Of a stretch of DNA of 64,000 bases, positions 10,343 through 19,188 are shown piece by piece; position 1 is the first letter of the stretch, and each line of letters begins with the position of its first letter. Location of the stretch: assembly GCA_902522415.1 (NCBI GenBank), contig CABYVI010000001.1, positions 9,067 through 73,066 of the forward strand, read 5' to 3'. This DNA comes from an uncultured SAR116 cluster alpha proteobacterium (GTDB taxonomy: Bacteria; Pseudomonadota; Alphaproteobacteria; Puniceispirillales; GCA-002684695). The notes below the pieces were generated by a model. The model saw nothing but the letters and a program-made list of their open reading frames with translations, was not told the origin of the DNA and made no database searches. A program made the position numbers and the translations under genes.

Positions 10343-11536
10343 ATGTTTCGTCTATTATTTTCATTATTGATATGTATTATATTTTCAAATCCATCCTATG
10401 CTGATAAATTGATTGATCTTGGGCCTAGTTTAAAAATTAGTTATAAAAATGGAAATATAGATACAAATTCATATAACGGTTTTGCTTCTGATATATCGTT
10501 TTATGATAAATTTAATAATGATGAGTTAATTGGGACAGCAAAAACACTAAAAATTGAAAGTCAAAAAAATAAAGAAGGCCAAGTAATTATAAATTTATTT
10601 TCAATAAGTGATATTTTTGCTTATGATGATGAATTTGGTTTTGAAATTGCGATTGATAGAATATCTATAACAGATTTTAATTCTATAATTTTTAATGATG
10701 AATTTGTAGAGGATGCATCAAACTATGATTTGTTAGATCACAAAAACTTTAGTTTTAATATAGAGGGAGTGAATTTTAAAAATAACGAATTTGATTTAGG
10801 CATTAAAAAAATAAGTCTTCCAAAAATTAAGTATGATAAACTTTCATCAGGTGAAGATTTCGCCCAAGAAACTTCCTTTAAAATTAAAGAAATAAGCTTT
10901 ACCGCCAATCCAAGTAATATTGATTTACTTCCTTTAAATGTTATTTTAGCTTCAATTGGTCAAAAATCTTTAACTTTAGACTTAAATACTTACAGCGAAG
11001 TCTTTGATAAAGGATTAATGCTGAAAATTATTTCGAAATTAGGGCTAAATATTATTGGTGGAGCAGCCTTAAATATGGAATTAGATTACTCAGTGCCAAT
11101 GGATACGTTTAAATATTTTTCAAATAATCAATCTCTAATTGATGAATTGCAAAACCAGAATTTTGAAAGCTTAGATAACTTTAATAATGAAATACTGATG
11201 GAATTAGGTAAGATTCAACTAAATAAAGTTATTTTACAAATTGAGGATTTAGGTGTAAGAAAACCTCTTATTATATTGGGTGCGTCTAATATGGGTATGT
11301 CTGAGGAAGACATCATCTCTATGTCAAATGAAATGATTAAATCAGTTCTTTCTCCCTTTATTCCTGTTAACGCAGAAAGATTTGCTAATAGTATATCAAA
11401 ATTCATAGAACAAGGGGGAAAGCTTACTTTTAGCATTAACCCTCAAAATCCTTTACCTATAATTTCATCAATGGGTTTACTTGTTATGCCAGATTTAGCC
11501 ATTGAGTCATTAGGTATCAAACTAATTGCTGAATAA
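10343..11536 (+). CDS. Hypothetical exported protein
   Basis: The ORF is open from ATG 10301, but the second ATG at 10343 gives a canonical signal peptide MFRLLFSLLICIIFSNPSYA/DK. I recognise no motif. Composition is typical of the surrounding genes. Confidence 0.6.
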   Translation: MFRLLFSLLICIIFSNPSYADKLIDLGPSLKISYKNGNIDTNSYNGFASDISFYDKFNNDELIGTAKTLKIESQKNKEGQVIINLFSISDIFAYDDEFGFEIAIDRISITDFNSIIFNDEFVEDASNYDLLDHKNFSFNIEGVNFKNNEFDLGIKKISLPKIKYDKLSSGEDFAQETSFKIKEISFTANPSNIDLLPLNVILASIGQKSLTLDLNTYSEVFDKGLMLKIISKLGLNIIGGAALNMELDYSVPMDTFKYFSNNQSLIDELQNQNFESLDNFNNEILMELGKIQLNKVILQIEDLGVRKPLIILGASNMGMSEEDIISMSNEMIKSVLSPFIPVNAERFANSISKFIEQGGKLTFSINPQNPLPIISSMGLLVMPDLAIESLGIKLIAE

Positions 11537-11538
11537 AT

Positions 11539-12747
11539 TTAATCTAAATGTCTCTGGTAATTACAGGCATCTTCTTGCATTTCCAAATGTAATTGATTGC
11601 CAGAGTATTTATTTTGAATTGCTAAATCTTCATCAAATTCAATGCCTAATCCAGGACTTTTTGGAGAATGAATGAAACCATTCTCCCATTTAATTGAGTT
11701 CTTTATCAACTTTAAGTGAAAATCACCTCCAGTAAGAATTGTTTCAACCATTAAAAGATTTGGAATACTTGTAGCTAATTGTATATTAGCTGCCCATTCA
11801 ATTGGGCCTGCATACAGATGAGGTGCAATTTGAGCATTAAAGACCTCTGCAATTGCACTAATTTTTTTTGTTTCAAGAATTCCACCTGATCTTCCTAGAG
11901 CTGGCTGAAGAATGCTAACGCCACCATTTTTTAATAATGATGCAAATTCTGATTTTGTTGTATGCCTTTCTCCAGTAGCTATTGGTATATTGACAGCCTC
12001 TGACACTTTTTTAAATTCATCAATATTATCAGGAGGAATTGGCTCTTCAAACCAAAGAAGATTATACTTTTCTAATGCTTTACCCAATCTAATCGCACCT
12101 GAAGTAGTAAACTGTCCATGAGTTCCAAAAAGTAAATCTGCCTTATTACCAACTGTTTTTCTTAGAGCATTGCAAAATTCAATTGATAAGCTAATATCAA
12201 CCATCGAAGGTTGATGACCACCTCTAATTGTGTATGGACCTGCAGGATCAAACTTTATTGCAGTAAAACCTTTATTTAACATTTCTTTTGCACTTTCAAC
12301 TGCCATATCTGGGCTAGTCCAAAATTTTTCTTTGTCATGGTGGTCAAGTGGATATAGATAAGTGTAAGATCTAATCCTGTCTTGCATACATCCACCTAGC
12401 ATAGAATAAATGGGTTTATTAATGGATTTACCAATAATATCCAAACAAGCCATTTCGAGTCCTGAAAAAGCCCCGATTACTGTTGGGTCTGGCCTTTGAG
12501 AAAAGCCACTTGAGTACACTCTTCTAAACATGAGCTCAATATTTTCAGGGGTTTCATTTTTCATATGCCTGTCAAAAACATCTTCGATAACAATTTTCAT
12601 AGCCTCTGGTGAGACGGATGCTGAGTAAACTTCACCAAACCCAATTAAGCCGTTATCAGTTGTTAATTTTACAAAAATAAAATATTTTCCACCCCAATAA
12701 GGTTTTTTGTTTCCTACGACAAATACTTTTAGTTTACTAAGCTTCAT
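11539..12747 (-). CDS. Enolase-superfamily enzyme (mandelate racemase/muconate lactonizing family, acid-sugar dehydratase-like)
   Basis: 402 aa. The N-terminal capping domain is MKLSKLKVFVVG..YFIFVKLTTDNGLIGFGE. The barrel region has FDPAG, LLWFEEPIPPDN, IATGERHT and APH, typical of the MR/MLE D-galactonate dehydratase-like subgroup. The substrate cannot be assigned. Confidence 0.75.
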   Translation of the reverse strand: MKLSKLKVFVVGNKKPYWGGKYFIFVKLTTDNGLIGFGEVYSASVSPEAMKIVIEDVFDRHMKNETPENIELMFRRVYSSGFSQRPDPTVIGAFSGLEMACLDIIGKSINKPIYSMLGGCMQDRIRSYTYLYPLDHHDKEKFWTSPDMAVESAKEMLNKGFTAIKFDPAGPYTIRGGHQPSMVDISLSIEFCNALRKTVGNKADLLFGTHGQFTTSGAIRLGKALEKYNLLWFEEPIPPDNIDEFKKVSEAVNIPIATGERHTTKSEFASLLKNGGVSILQPALGRSGGILETKKISAIAEVFNAQIAPHLYAGPIEWAANIQLATSIPNLLMVETILTGGDFHLKLIKNSIKWENGFIHSPKSPGLGIEFDEDLAIQNKYSGNQLHLEMQEDACNYQRHLD

Positions 12748-12834
12748 TTTAACACAAATATTAGTTATTTGAGAACGCTATTGAATTATTATAATTTTTT
12801 ATAATATATTAAATATATATTTATTGGAAAAAAA

Positions 12835-13662
12835 ATGACTGACAACAATATGTTTTTACCAGCTAAAATTCCAAACAATGATGAGAGACGAGTTGAAGCT
12901 GTAAAAAGAACCGGTGCATTAGATGTTGATAATAAAGATTTATTCATAGTTTATAATGAATTGGCGAAGCAAATATCTAATATGCCTGTTAGTTATACAG
13001 GTTTAATTGATGAAAGCAGACAATTTTTATTATGTCATATTGGTATGCCTGAAGATATCCCTGAGAGCATCCCTAGGGAAACAACTTTTTGTCAATTTGC
13101 TCTTAACAGTACCAAACCATTAATAGTAAATGATTGTAAAAATGATAATAGATTTAAAAATCACCCAATTGTATCTGGTCCTCCTAATGTAACTTTTTAT
13201 GGAGGTTTTCCAATTATTAATGAAGCTGGTTATGTTTTAGGAACTCTTTGTGTGACTGATGTTGATCCAAGTGCTAATTTAAGTGACTATCAAATTGATT
13301 TACTAATTAAATTAACAGGAAGATTAGCGCACCAGCTTGACATTCAGTCAGGACAGCGCGAGATTACTGCTTCTAAGACAATAGATTTGCTTAGGATATT
13401 CCAAAAAAAACTTCCAAGTTTTAATATAAATGAACTTATTGGCTTTTTAAGTATTATTAATGGTTCTCTAGTAGATAAAGAAATAATGAATATTCTTTCA
13501 AAAAATAATTTAATTGAAAACGATGGTAATCTTACCCCACTTGGTAGAAAAATTCAAAAAGATATTGGCTTAGATATTGGAATTCATAAAAAAATATTTG
13601 TTTCTAATGATGATATATCGTCAAATTTAGATAATATGATAAATGAATTGGGAGATTTGTAA
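12835..13662 (+). CDS. GAF domain-containing protein with an uncharacterised C-terminal domain (possible winged helix)
   Basis: 275 aa. The N-terminal ~160 aa fit the stand-alone GAF pattern (ERRVEAVKRTGALD..LF..LAK..S..PVSYTGLIDE.RQFL....G.....IPRE.TFCQ....T.PLIV.D...D.RF..HP.V..PP...FYGGFPI....G...GTLCV.D). The C-terminal ~100 aa are unassigned. Confidence 0.7.
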   Translation: MTDNNMFLPAKIPNNDERRVEAVKRTGALDVDNKDLFIVYNELAKQISNMPVSYTGLIDESRQFLLCHIGMPEDIPESIPRETTFCQFALNSTKPLIVNDCKNDNRFKNHPIVSGPPNVTFYGGFPIINEAGYVLGTLCVTDVDPSANLSDYQIDLLIKLTGRLAHQLDIQSGQREITASKTIDLLRIFQKKLPSFNINELIGFLSIINGSLVDKEIMNILSKNNLIENDGNLTPLGRKIQKDIGLDIGIHKKIFVSNDDISSNLDNMINELGDL

Positions 13663-14006
13663 TGTATGCAGTTGTATATCAGTTTAAATTTCCATCAATT
13701 AGTGAAGCAAAAGTTGCTGCTGGTTTTTGCTCTGAATCTCTGGGCGGAAAAATATCGGAATATGATTTTTTGGGTCTAAATATATTAATTAGTAAAAATG
13801 GCGATTTAAATATTAATGTAAAATTTGAAGATACTAATTCCCTTAAAAAGTTTGAAGGTGATTCAGAAAAACTTTTTAATGACTTGAGAAATAGCTTTGT
13901 ATTTAAAGAAACAAAATTTGCAGGCGTTTATGCATACTCTTTTGAAAAAGAAGCAATAGCTACTGAAATAAAACTTTCTGGACCAGCATACTTAAAAAAT
14001 AATTAA
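13662..14006 (+). CDS. Hypothetical protein, translationally coupled to the GAF gene
   Basis: 114 aa. Its ATG shares one nt with the upstream TAA (TAATG). The strand-helix-strand pattern (MYAVVYQFKF..) suggests a small alpha+beta fold. I recognise no motif. Confidence 0.5.
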   Translation: MYAVVYQFKFPSISEAKVAAGFCSESLGGKISEYDFLGLNILISKNGDLNINVKFEDTNSLKKFEGDSEKLFNDLRNSFVFKETKFAGVYAYSFEKEAIATEIKLSGPAYLKNN

Positions 14007-14151
14007 TTTATTCTGAATAATGTCGTTTTTGATATAAATTAATGTTTTTATTTTAAAAAAATAATAGTATTTGTTGACTTTCTTTTAAAATAATTACAAA
14101 TGTAACTATGCAAAGACGTATAATTGATTGCATTATATTACTTTTTGGAAT

Positions 14152-14184
14152 GGTCTCGTCTTCATTCTAATGAAATTGGAGACT
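14152..14184 (+). promoter_or_regulatory. Imperfect stem-loop in the csp 5' UTR that pairs with the Shine-Dalgarno sequence
   Basis: GTCTC (14153-14157) is complementary to GAGAC (14179-14183, part of the GGAGAC SD 8 nt before ATG 14192). An inner helix pairs TTCAT (14161-14165) with ATGAA (14170-14174). Function is inferred only. Confidence 0.3.
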
Positions 14185-14191
14185 TAAATAA

Positions 14192-14401
14192 ATGGCAACA
14201 GGCACTGTTAAATGGTTTAATCCACGTAAGGGTTTTGGTTTCATTGAGCCCGAAGGTGGTGATAATGATGTGTTTGTACATATTTCCGCTGTTCAAAAAT
14301 CTGGTCTAGATACTTTAAATGAAGGCCAGAAAGTTGAGTTTACGCTTGAAGAACAGAAAAATGGAAAAAGTGCGGCTGAAAATTTAAAAATTGTTGAGTA
14401 G
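14192..14401 (+). CDS. cspA: Cold-shock protein (CspA family)
   Basis: 69 aa. It has RNP1 KGFGFI and RNP2 VFVHIS motifs, and starts [23 protein letters not shown]. It is preceded by a 185-nt spacer, long for this window. Confidence 0.95.
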   Translation: MATGTVKWFNPRKGFGFIEPEGGDNDVFVHISAVQKSGLDTLNEGQKVEFTLEEQKNGKSAAENLKIVE

Positions 14402-14424
14402 ATATTTTTAAAATACCATACAAT

Positions 14425-14457
14425 AATTTCTGATTAGATATAATTTAATCAGAAATT
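14425..14457. terminator. Perfect 12-bp inverted repeat between convergent genes (candidate bidirectional terminator)
   Basis: AATTTCTGATTA (14425-14436) and TAATCAGAAATT (14446-14457) flank a 9-nt loop. It lies between the csp stop (14401) and the stop of the minus-strand gene at 14483. The stem is AT-rich and has no clean U-tract. Confidence 0.4.
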
Positions 14458-14482
14458 AAATTTAAATATTGAAATTTGCACA

Positions 14483-14785
14483 TTAATTTTTTAAATGTGA
14501 GTCTGATAAAAGTCTTCCTCTTACAGAGGTCATTTTATGTGTAAACGCATTTTTATGAATTTCTGTATAATCTTTAAGTGCATCAATTACTTTCTTCTGA
14601 ATGCCCTCTTCATTATACTCAAATACAATTAATCTAGTAACTTCACCAGATAGGTAACATCTTACTCTTTCACAACCGTTATCTAATGCAATTTTTTCCA
14701 TCATATTTTCTGCTAATGCCTGAGATGCAATAGTTTCAGCTGAATTAACGTATGTAACTGTTATTATGCTTACATATTTCGACAT
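14483..14785 (-). CDS. Hypothetical small protein (possible dimeric alpha+beta barrel / ABM-like fold)
   Basis: 100 aa. The pattern is a hydrophobic strand (VSIITVTYV), an amphipathic helix, then GCERVRCYLSGEVTRLIVFEYNEE. This resembles ABM-domain proteins by eye, but that is inference only. Confidence 0.45.
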   Translation of the reverse strand: MSKYVSIITVTYVNSAETIASQALAENMMEKIALDNGCERVRCYLSGEVTRLIVFEYNEEGIQKKVIDALKDYTEIHKNAFTHKMTSVRGRLLSDSHLKN

Positions 14786-14817
14786 AGTTTAGTTTAAATC
14801 ATTTTTTTTTAAAAATG

Positions 14818-15198
14818 CTAATGCTTTTTGAAATAAGACACATAAAGCGATAAAGTTCCTAAGATTAAAAAAATTAAAAAGACTGGCCAGAAAATATCAC
14901 TTTTATCAAAAATCATTTGTTTAATTTGAATTAAAATAAGTATATAAAATCCTAATGATGTTCCAAATAAGATCCTTTTTGCAGCACTTGTAACATTTCT
15001 ATGTGCTAATAAAAGAAGAATACCTATGAATAAACTACCACCACCCATTAACTGGCGATGAATGGAAGCTATTTTTATTTCATTTTCGTTAGCTTCTTGA
15101 AAAATATTTTTACTGATAAATTCAGGAAAAACTAAAAAGCTTAAGCCTAAAAATATCATTGTTAAACCAGATAAAAAAAGTAATCCTCTAATAGTCAT
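14818..15198 (-). CDS. Hypothetical integral membrane protein
   Basis: 126 aa with four clear hydrophobic segments (LLFLSGLTMIFLGLSFLVF, GGGSLFIGILLLLA, ILFGTSLGFYILILI, IFWPVFLIFLILGTLSLYV). No homologous family is recognised. Confidence 0.5.
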   Translation of the reverse strand: MTIRGLLFLSGLTMIFLGLSFLVFPEFISKNIFQEANENEIKIASIHRQLMGGGSLFIGILLLLAHRNVTSAAKRILFGTSLGFYILILIQIKQMIFDKSDIFWPVFLIFLILGTLSLYVSYFKKH

Positions 15199-15488
15199 AA
15201 TATAACCTATTGTTAAGTAATTTTACGACTTAAAATCTATAATTTTATTTTTTTCTATATATAATCATTATATAATAAGAGTAATTAAATAACAAAAACA
15301 AAAGTATGTATTTAAACAACTCTTATTTAATGCTAGTTGGTTTAGTTAAATATTGCTATGAAAAAATTTTTAAACCAAAAACCTTTAAAGATAATATTGT
15401 TGGTAGTTTAATTGGAATGGCTATTGTTTTTTCTTTAATAGTAATTAGCATAAGATTTTTTTAGTTTTTTATTGTTCTCGGTGCTTAA

Positions 15489-16496
15489 TTGAAAAAAAAT
15501 AATCTATTTAAAATAAAAGATCTTAAAGATTTAGTTAAAACAGCTTTTCTTAATTCAAATGTTAGTAAATTAAATGCTGAAGTCGTTGCTGAGGCTTTAG
15601 TAAAAGCTGAAATTGATGGTAAATATGGTCATGGCTTATCAAGAGTGACAAGTTACTCGGCTCAAGCAAAAATAGGAAAAGTTGACGGGTATGCTGAACC
15701 TAAGGTAAATCAAACATTACCCTCAGTACTGTCAATTGATGCATCAAATGGATTTGCTTATCCAGCACTTAAAAAATTGACTGATATGCTTCCTAAAATA
15801 GCGATCTCACAAGGCATTGCAATGGGAGGTGTCTATAGATCTCATCACTTTGGCGTTGCTGGCCATATTGTGGAAACAGCTGCTGATAAAGGTATGATTT
15901 CATTACTATTTGGTAACACTCCATCAGCTATTGCTCCATGGAGAGGTAATAAAGCATTATTTGGAACAAATCCGATAGCATTCGGAGCTCCTACAGAAAA
16001 TGGTGATCATTTAATAATTGATATGGCTGTGTCAAAAGTAGCAAGAGGCAAAATTTTAAAAGCATCACAAAACAATGAAAAAATTCCTTTTGGATGGGCT
16101 GTTGATAAAGATGGCAATGAAACAGATGATCCCAATAAAGCTATTCAAGGAACTATGCTTCCATTTGGTGATGCAAAAGGTTCTGCTTTAGCATTAATGA
16201 TAGAAATACTTGCTGCAGGCATTACGGGTGCCAATTTTGCTTATCAAGCAGATTCCTTTCTTGACACCAATGGTGGTCCTCCAAATGTTGGCCAACTTCT
16301 TATTATGATAAACCCAGACGCCATAGGGTCTAAAAAAATATTTTTCAATAAAATAAATGATATGATTACATCTATTTTAGCTCAGAAAAATACCTATTTG
16401 CCAGGTTTTAAAAGGTCTGAGCTGAGGAAAAAAGCTTATAATGAGGGATTAAATGTTGATGATAGACTAATTGACCAAATTAAAAATATTGTTTAA
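15489..16496 (+). CDS. Ldh_2 family oxidoreductase (malate/L-lactate/sulfolactate dehydrogenase type 2 family)
   Basis: 335 aa with a TTG start; there is no in-frame ATG near the N-terminus. The family pattern is AEVVAEALVKAEIDGKYGHGLSRV..Y, NGFAYPA, HHFGVAGH, GTNPIAFGAP and MAVSKVARGKI. The substrate cannot be assigned. Confidence 0.75.
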   Translation: MKKNNLFKIKDLKDLVKTAFLNSNVSKLNAEVVAEALVKAEIDGKYGHGLSRVTSYSAQAKIGKVDGYAEPKVNQTLPSVLSIDASNGFAYPALKKLTDMLPKIAISQGIAMGGVYRSHHFGVAGHIVETAADKGMISLLFGNTPSAIAPWRGNKALFGTNPIAFGAPTENGDHLIIDMAVSKVARGKILKASQNNEKIPFGWAVDKDGNETDDPNKAIQGTMLPFGDAKGSALALMIEILAAGITGANFAYQADSFLDTNGGPPNVGQLLIMINPDAIGSKKIFFNKINDMITSILAQKNTYLPGFKRSELRKKAYNEGLNVDDRLIDQIKNIV

Positions 16497-16705
16497 TTTA
16501 AATCTTCTTCAATAATTGACATTTCTAAGTGGAAAGTTACTTCGCCTTCCTCAGTATCTTTAAAAACAATACCATAAAATTCATTATTTATATGAAATTC
16601 AGCTGAGTCTTCAGTTTTGTCAGCTCTTGGTACAATACTAATATTATTATTTTTAAAAGTATCCCTTAGATATATTTGTATTTTATTTATTTCTTCTCTT
16701 TTCAT
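16493..16705 (-). CDS. DUF3126-family small protein
   Basis: 70 aa. The sequence MKREEINKIQIYLRDTFKNNNISIV.R..K.DSAEF.I..EF.G....D.E.GE..F matches my recollection of the conserved alphaproteobacterial DUF3126 family. Confidence 0.6.
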   Translation of the reverse strand: MKREEINKIQIYLRDTFKNNNISIVPRADKTEDSAEFHINNEFYGIVFKDTEEGEVTFHLEMSIIEEDLN

Positions 16706-16729
16706 TTTTATTCCTACAATTACTCATTA

Positions 16730-17077
16730 TTAAAACGCAATAAGCTTTGGTATCTTATCAATTTGACCCAGAACTTTACTAATAAACTTTGAAGTAAAAA
16801 TGGGTTTATCATTTTTTTGTAAACAATATTCAAAACCAAAAGAAAGCTTTCTTTTTTCAATTTTTAATACTGGTCTTTCAAATGAATTTCTAAATATTGA
16901 AAAACTTGCACAATTTACGTTATGATCTATTGCATAATCTTTCCAAATGCCTTTAGCAACATTTTTTGAGTATTCATTTAATATCAATGAGAGTTCATTT
17001 TTTGAAAAGTATATATTTTTTTGGCTTTTTTTATCCTTTTTAAATTCATTAATGATTCTAATTTTTACTACTTCCAT
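16730..17077 (-). CDS. DUF2794-family protein
   Basis: 115 aa. The segment YFSKNELSLILNEYSKNVAKGIWKDYAID....CASFSIFR...E.P...IEK fits the conserved alphaproteobacterial DUF2794 pattern, from memory. Confidence 0.55.
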   Translation of the reverse strand: MEVVKIRIINEFKKDKKSQKNIYFSKNELSLILNEYSKNVAKGIWKDYAIDHNVNCASFSIFRNSFERPVLKIEKRKLSFGFEYCLQKNDKPIFTSKFISKVLGQIDKIPKLIAF

Positions 17078-17237
17078 AACAAGTGCTTAATACTCCTATC
17101 TATAATTACATTATGTCTTGCTGTACAAATGTTGGTCAACTTAAAATTAATATTTAATTTAAAACCAACATTTGATTTTCTAAATCTCACAGAGTATTAC
17201 TATGAATAAGCAATAAAATAATAATTAAGGTAAAAGC

Positions 17238-17873
17238 ATGTCTGAGGAAATTATTTCTGAAATTGAAGAGGATCTTCAAAAAGAAAGAATCAAAAAATTT
17301 TGGAGTCTTTATGGTAAGTATATATCCTCTATTATACTGTTAGTTGTAATTTTGATTGGAGGTTGGCAATTTTACAGTTATTGGGAAATAAAAAGAAATG
17401 ATAATGCCTCTAATATTTTTCTAAACATTGTGAACCTTTCTCAAGAAGACCCTAGCACAGCTTTGGAAAGGATTGATGAATTACCTAAATTGCCCAAAGT
17501 TTATGATACTTTGTTAAAATTCAAAAAAGCCTCTTTATTAAATGATACTGGTCAAAAACCTGAAGCGATATTAATTTGGAAAGAGATATATTCTGATAAT
17601 TCAAATGATAATCTATATAGAGATATGGCAATAATAATTTCTTTAATGAATGAAACAAATCAACCCAATCTTCTAAAAATACTAGATGATAATATTAAAA
17701 ATAACAATTATTTGGCACAATTTTCAAAAGAACTCAAAGCTTCAATCTTTTACGAAAATAAAAAAATAAATGAAGCTGAAGATCTTTTTAATGAAATTTT
17801 AAATTCAGGCAATATTAATCAAAGATCTCAGGAAAGGATTACCAATATATTAAAAACATTTGAAGATTATTAA
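17238..17873 (+). CDS. YfgM-like TPR membrane protein (ancillary SecYEG-associated protein family)
   Basis: 211 aa. An acidic N-terminus is followed by one TM (YISSIILLVVILIGGWQFY) and a helical-repeat periplasmic domain. Its position directly upstream of bamB-der mirrors the E. coli order yfgM-bamB-der. Confidence 0.65.
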   Translation: MSEEIISEIEEDLQKERIKKFWSLYGKYISSIILLVVILIGGWQFYSYWEIKRNDNASNIFLNIVNLSQEDPSTALERIDELPKLPKVYDTLLKFKKASLLNDTGQKPEAILIWKEIYSDNSNDNLYRDMAIIISLMNETNQPNLLKILDDNIKNNNYLAQFSKELKASIFYENKKINEAEDLFNEILNSGNINQRSQERITNILKTFEDY

Positions 17874-17874
17874 A

Positions 17875-19182
17875 ATGATTAAATTAATTTTTAAATTTTT
17901 AATATTAACACTTTTAATTTCATGCTCAGATAAATCTATAATAATTTCTGAAAATAGAAAAGAAATATTCATAGATATCGATGAATTAAAAATAAATGAA
18001 GATGCTGCTTCAGAAATTTTTAATTTTGGTTCAGAGACATCAAATAATAGTTTTACTCATAACGGTTACAATTCCAGTCATAGTGGCGGTCATTTTTTAG
18101 GGCCAAAAAATAAGCTTGTAAAAGTTTGGTCTAAAGACATTGGTCATGGAACTAATAAAAATAATATTGTGATGCCGAACTTGATTGCTAAGGAGTCTAT
18201 TATTTATACAATGGATACTCAAAATAGAGTTTTAGCTTTAAATATCAAAGATGGCTCACAACTATGGGAAAATAATGTTGGTGATAGAGAAAATTCATAC
18301 TCAGCAAGTCCTGGAGGCTTGGCTATTATAGATGATAAATTGTATGTTCAATTTGGTGGATTAAAAATTGTTTCACTAAATGCTTTTACCGGAACAGAAT
18401 TATGGGAGAAATCTTTCGAATTTCCTATAATTAGTGGTCCAGTAGTAAACTCTAAAGGAGTTTTTGTCACATTGATTGATGGTACAATAATGCATCTAGA
18501 TAGGATCAATGGTAAATTATTATGGGAAGACAAAGTTGAAAATGAAAAGAGAGAGGTGGTTGGAACTGGTTCAGTTGCTTTAAATAGTAGTGTAGTAGTT
18601 TCTCCAAGGTTAGGTGGAGACATCACAGTATTAGATATTATTGATGGTTCTTTTTTATTTGAGGATAATTTAGCTCTTCTATCTCCAAAATCTGCTATTG
18701 AACAAATTTCATCGATTAATGCTCATCCATCAATTGTTGAAAATAATGTTTATGCAGTTGCTCAAAATGGTAGGTTGATTTCTTTTGATTTATTGAATGG
18801 ATTTTTAAACTGGGAACTTGAAATTAGTTCCAGTCAAATGCCTTGGATTGCAGGTGATTCTTTATTTATTATTACTGATGATGCTAAACTCTTGTGTATT
18901 AGAAGGAAGGATGGTGAAATAAGGTGGATTACAAAACTTCCATATTTAGTTGAAGAAAATTTATTAAGGTTTCAAAAATTTATTGTTCATTTTGGTCCAA
19001 TCTTAGCATCTGAAAAAATATATTTAGTTAGTTCTGATAATAGATTAAGAGTTTTTGATGCAAAGAATGGTGAATTAATAGATGAAAAAAAATTTGCTAA
19101 GGGTTTTAGTACTCCACCAATAATAATTAATTCAATTTTATTTCTAATCAATGATAATGCTAAATTATATGCATTTAAATAA
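17875..19182 (+). CDS. bamB: Outer membrane protein assembly factor BamB (PQQ-like beta-propeller lipoprotein)
   Basis: The ORF is open from TTG 17860. ATG 17875, 1 nt after the yfgM-like stop, gives the lipoprotein signal MIKLIFKFLILTLLIS/C. Repeated beta-propeller blades are visible (G...W........P.......vy). The gene lies between yfgM-like and der. Confidence 0.8.
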   Translation: MIKLIFKFLILTLLISCSDKSIIISENRKEIFIDIDELKINEDAASEIFNFGSETSNNSFTHNGYNSSHSGGHFLGPKNKLVKVWSKDIGHGTNKNNIVMPNLIAKESIIYTMDTQNRVLALNIKDGSQLWENNVGDRENSYSASPGGLAIIDDKLYVQFGGLKIVSLNAFTGTELWEKSFEFPIISGPVVNSKGVFVTLIDGTIMHLDRINGKLLWEDKVENEKREVVGTGSVALNSSVVVSPRLGGDITVLDIIDGSFLFEDNLALLSPKSAIEQISSINAHPSIVENNVYAVAQNGRLISFDLLNGFLNWELEISSSQMPWIAGDSLFIITDDAKLLCIRRKDGEIRWITKLPYLVEENLLRFQKFIVHFGPILASEKIYLVSSDNRLRVFDAKNGELIDEKKFAKGFSTPPIIINSILFLINDNAKLYAFK

Positions 19183-19188
19183 TTAAAA

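Noticed and set aside
14124-14309. 61-aa ORF overlapping the csp start in another frame. Similar same-strand alternative-frame ORFs occur inside genes at 4286-4486, 7493-7684 and 61386-61604.
   Set aside because: They overlap strongly supported genes (csp, acyl-CoA dehydrogenase, aapM, EthD), and their translations have no recognisable features.
16493-17077. The adjacent small minus-strand genes (70 aa and 115 aa), considered as a toxin-antitoxin pair.
   Set aside because: Both resemble widely conserved alphaproteobacterial DUF families (DUF3126, DUF2794) found as single-copy core genes. They have no toxin or antitoxin motifs and no overlap typical of TA operons.
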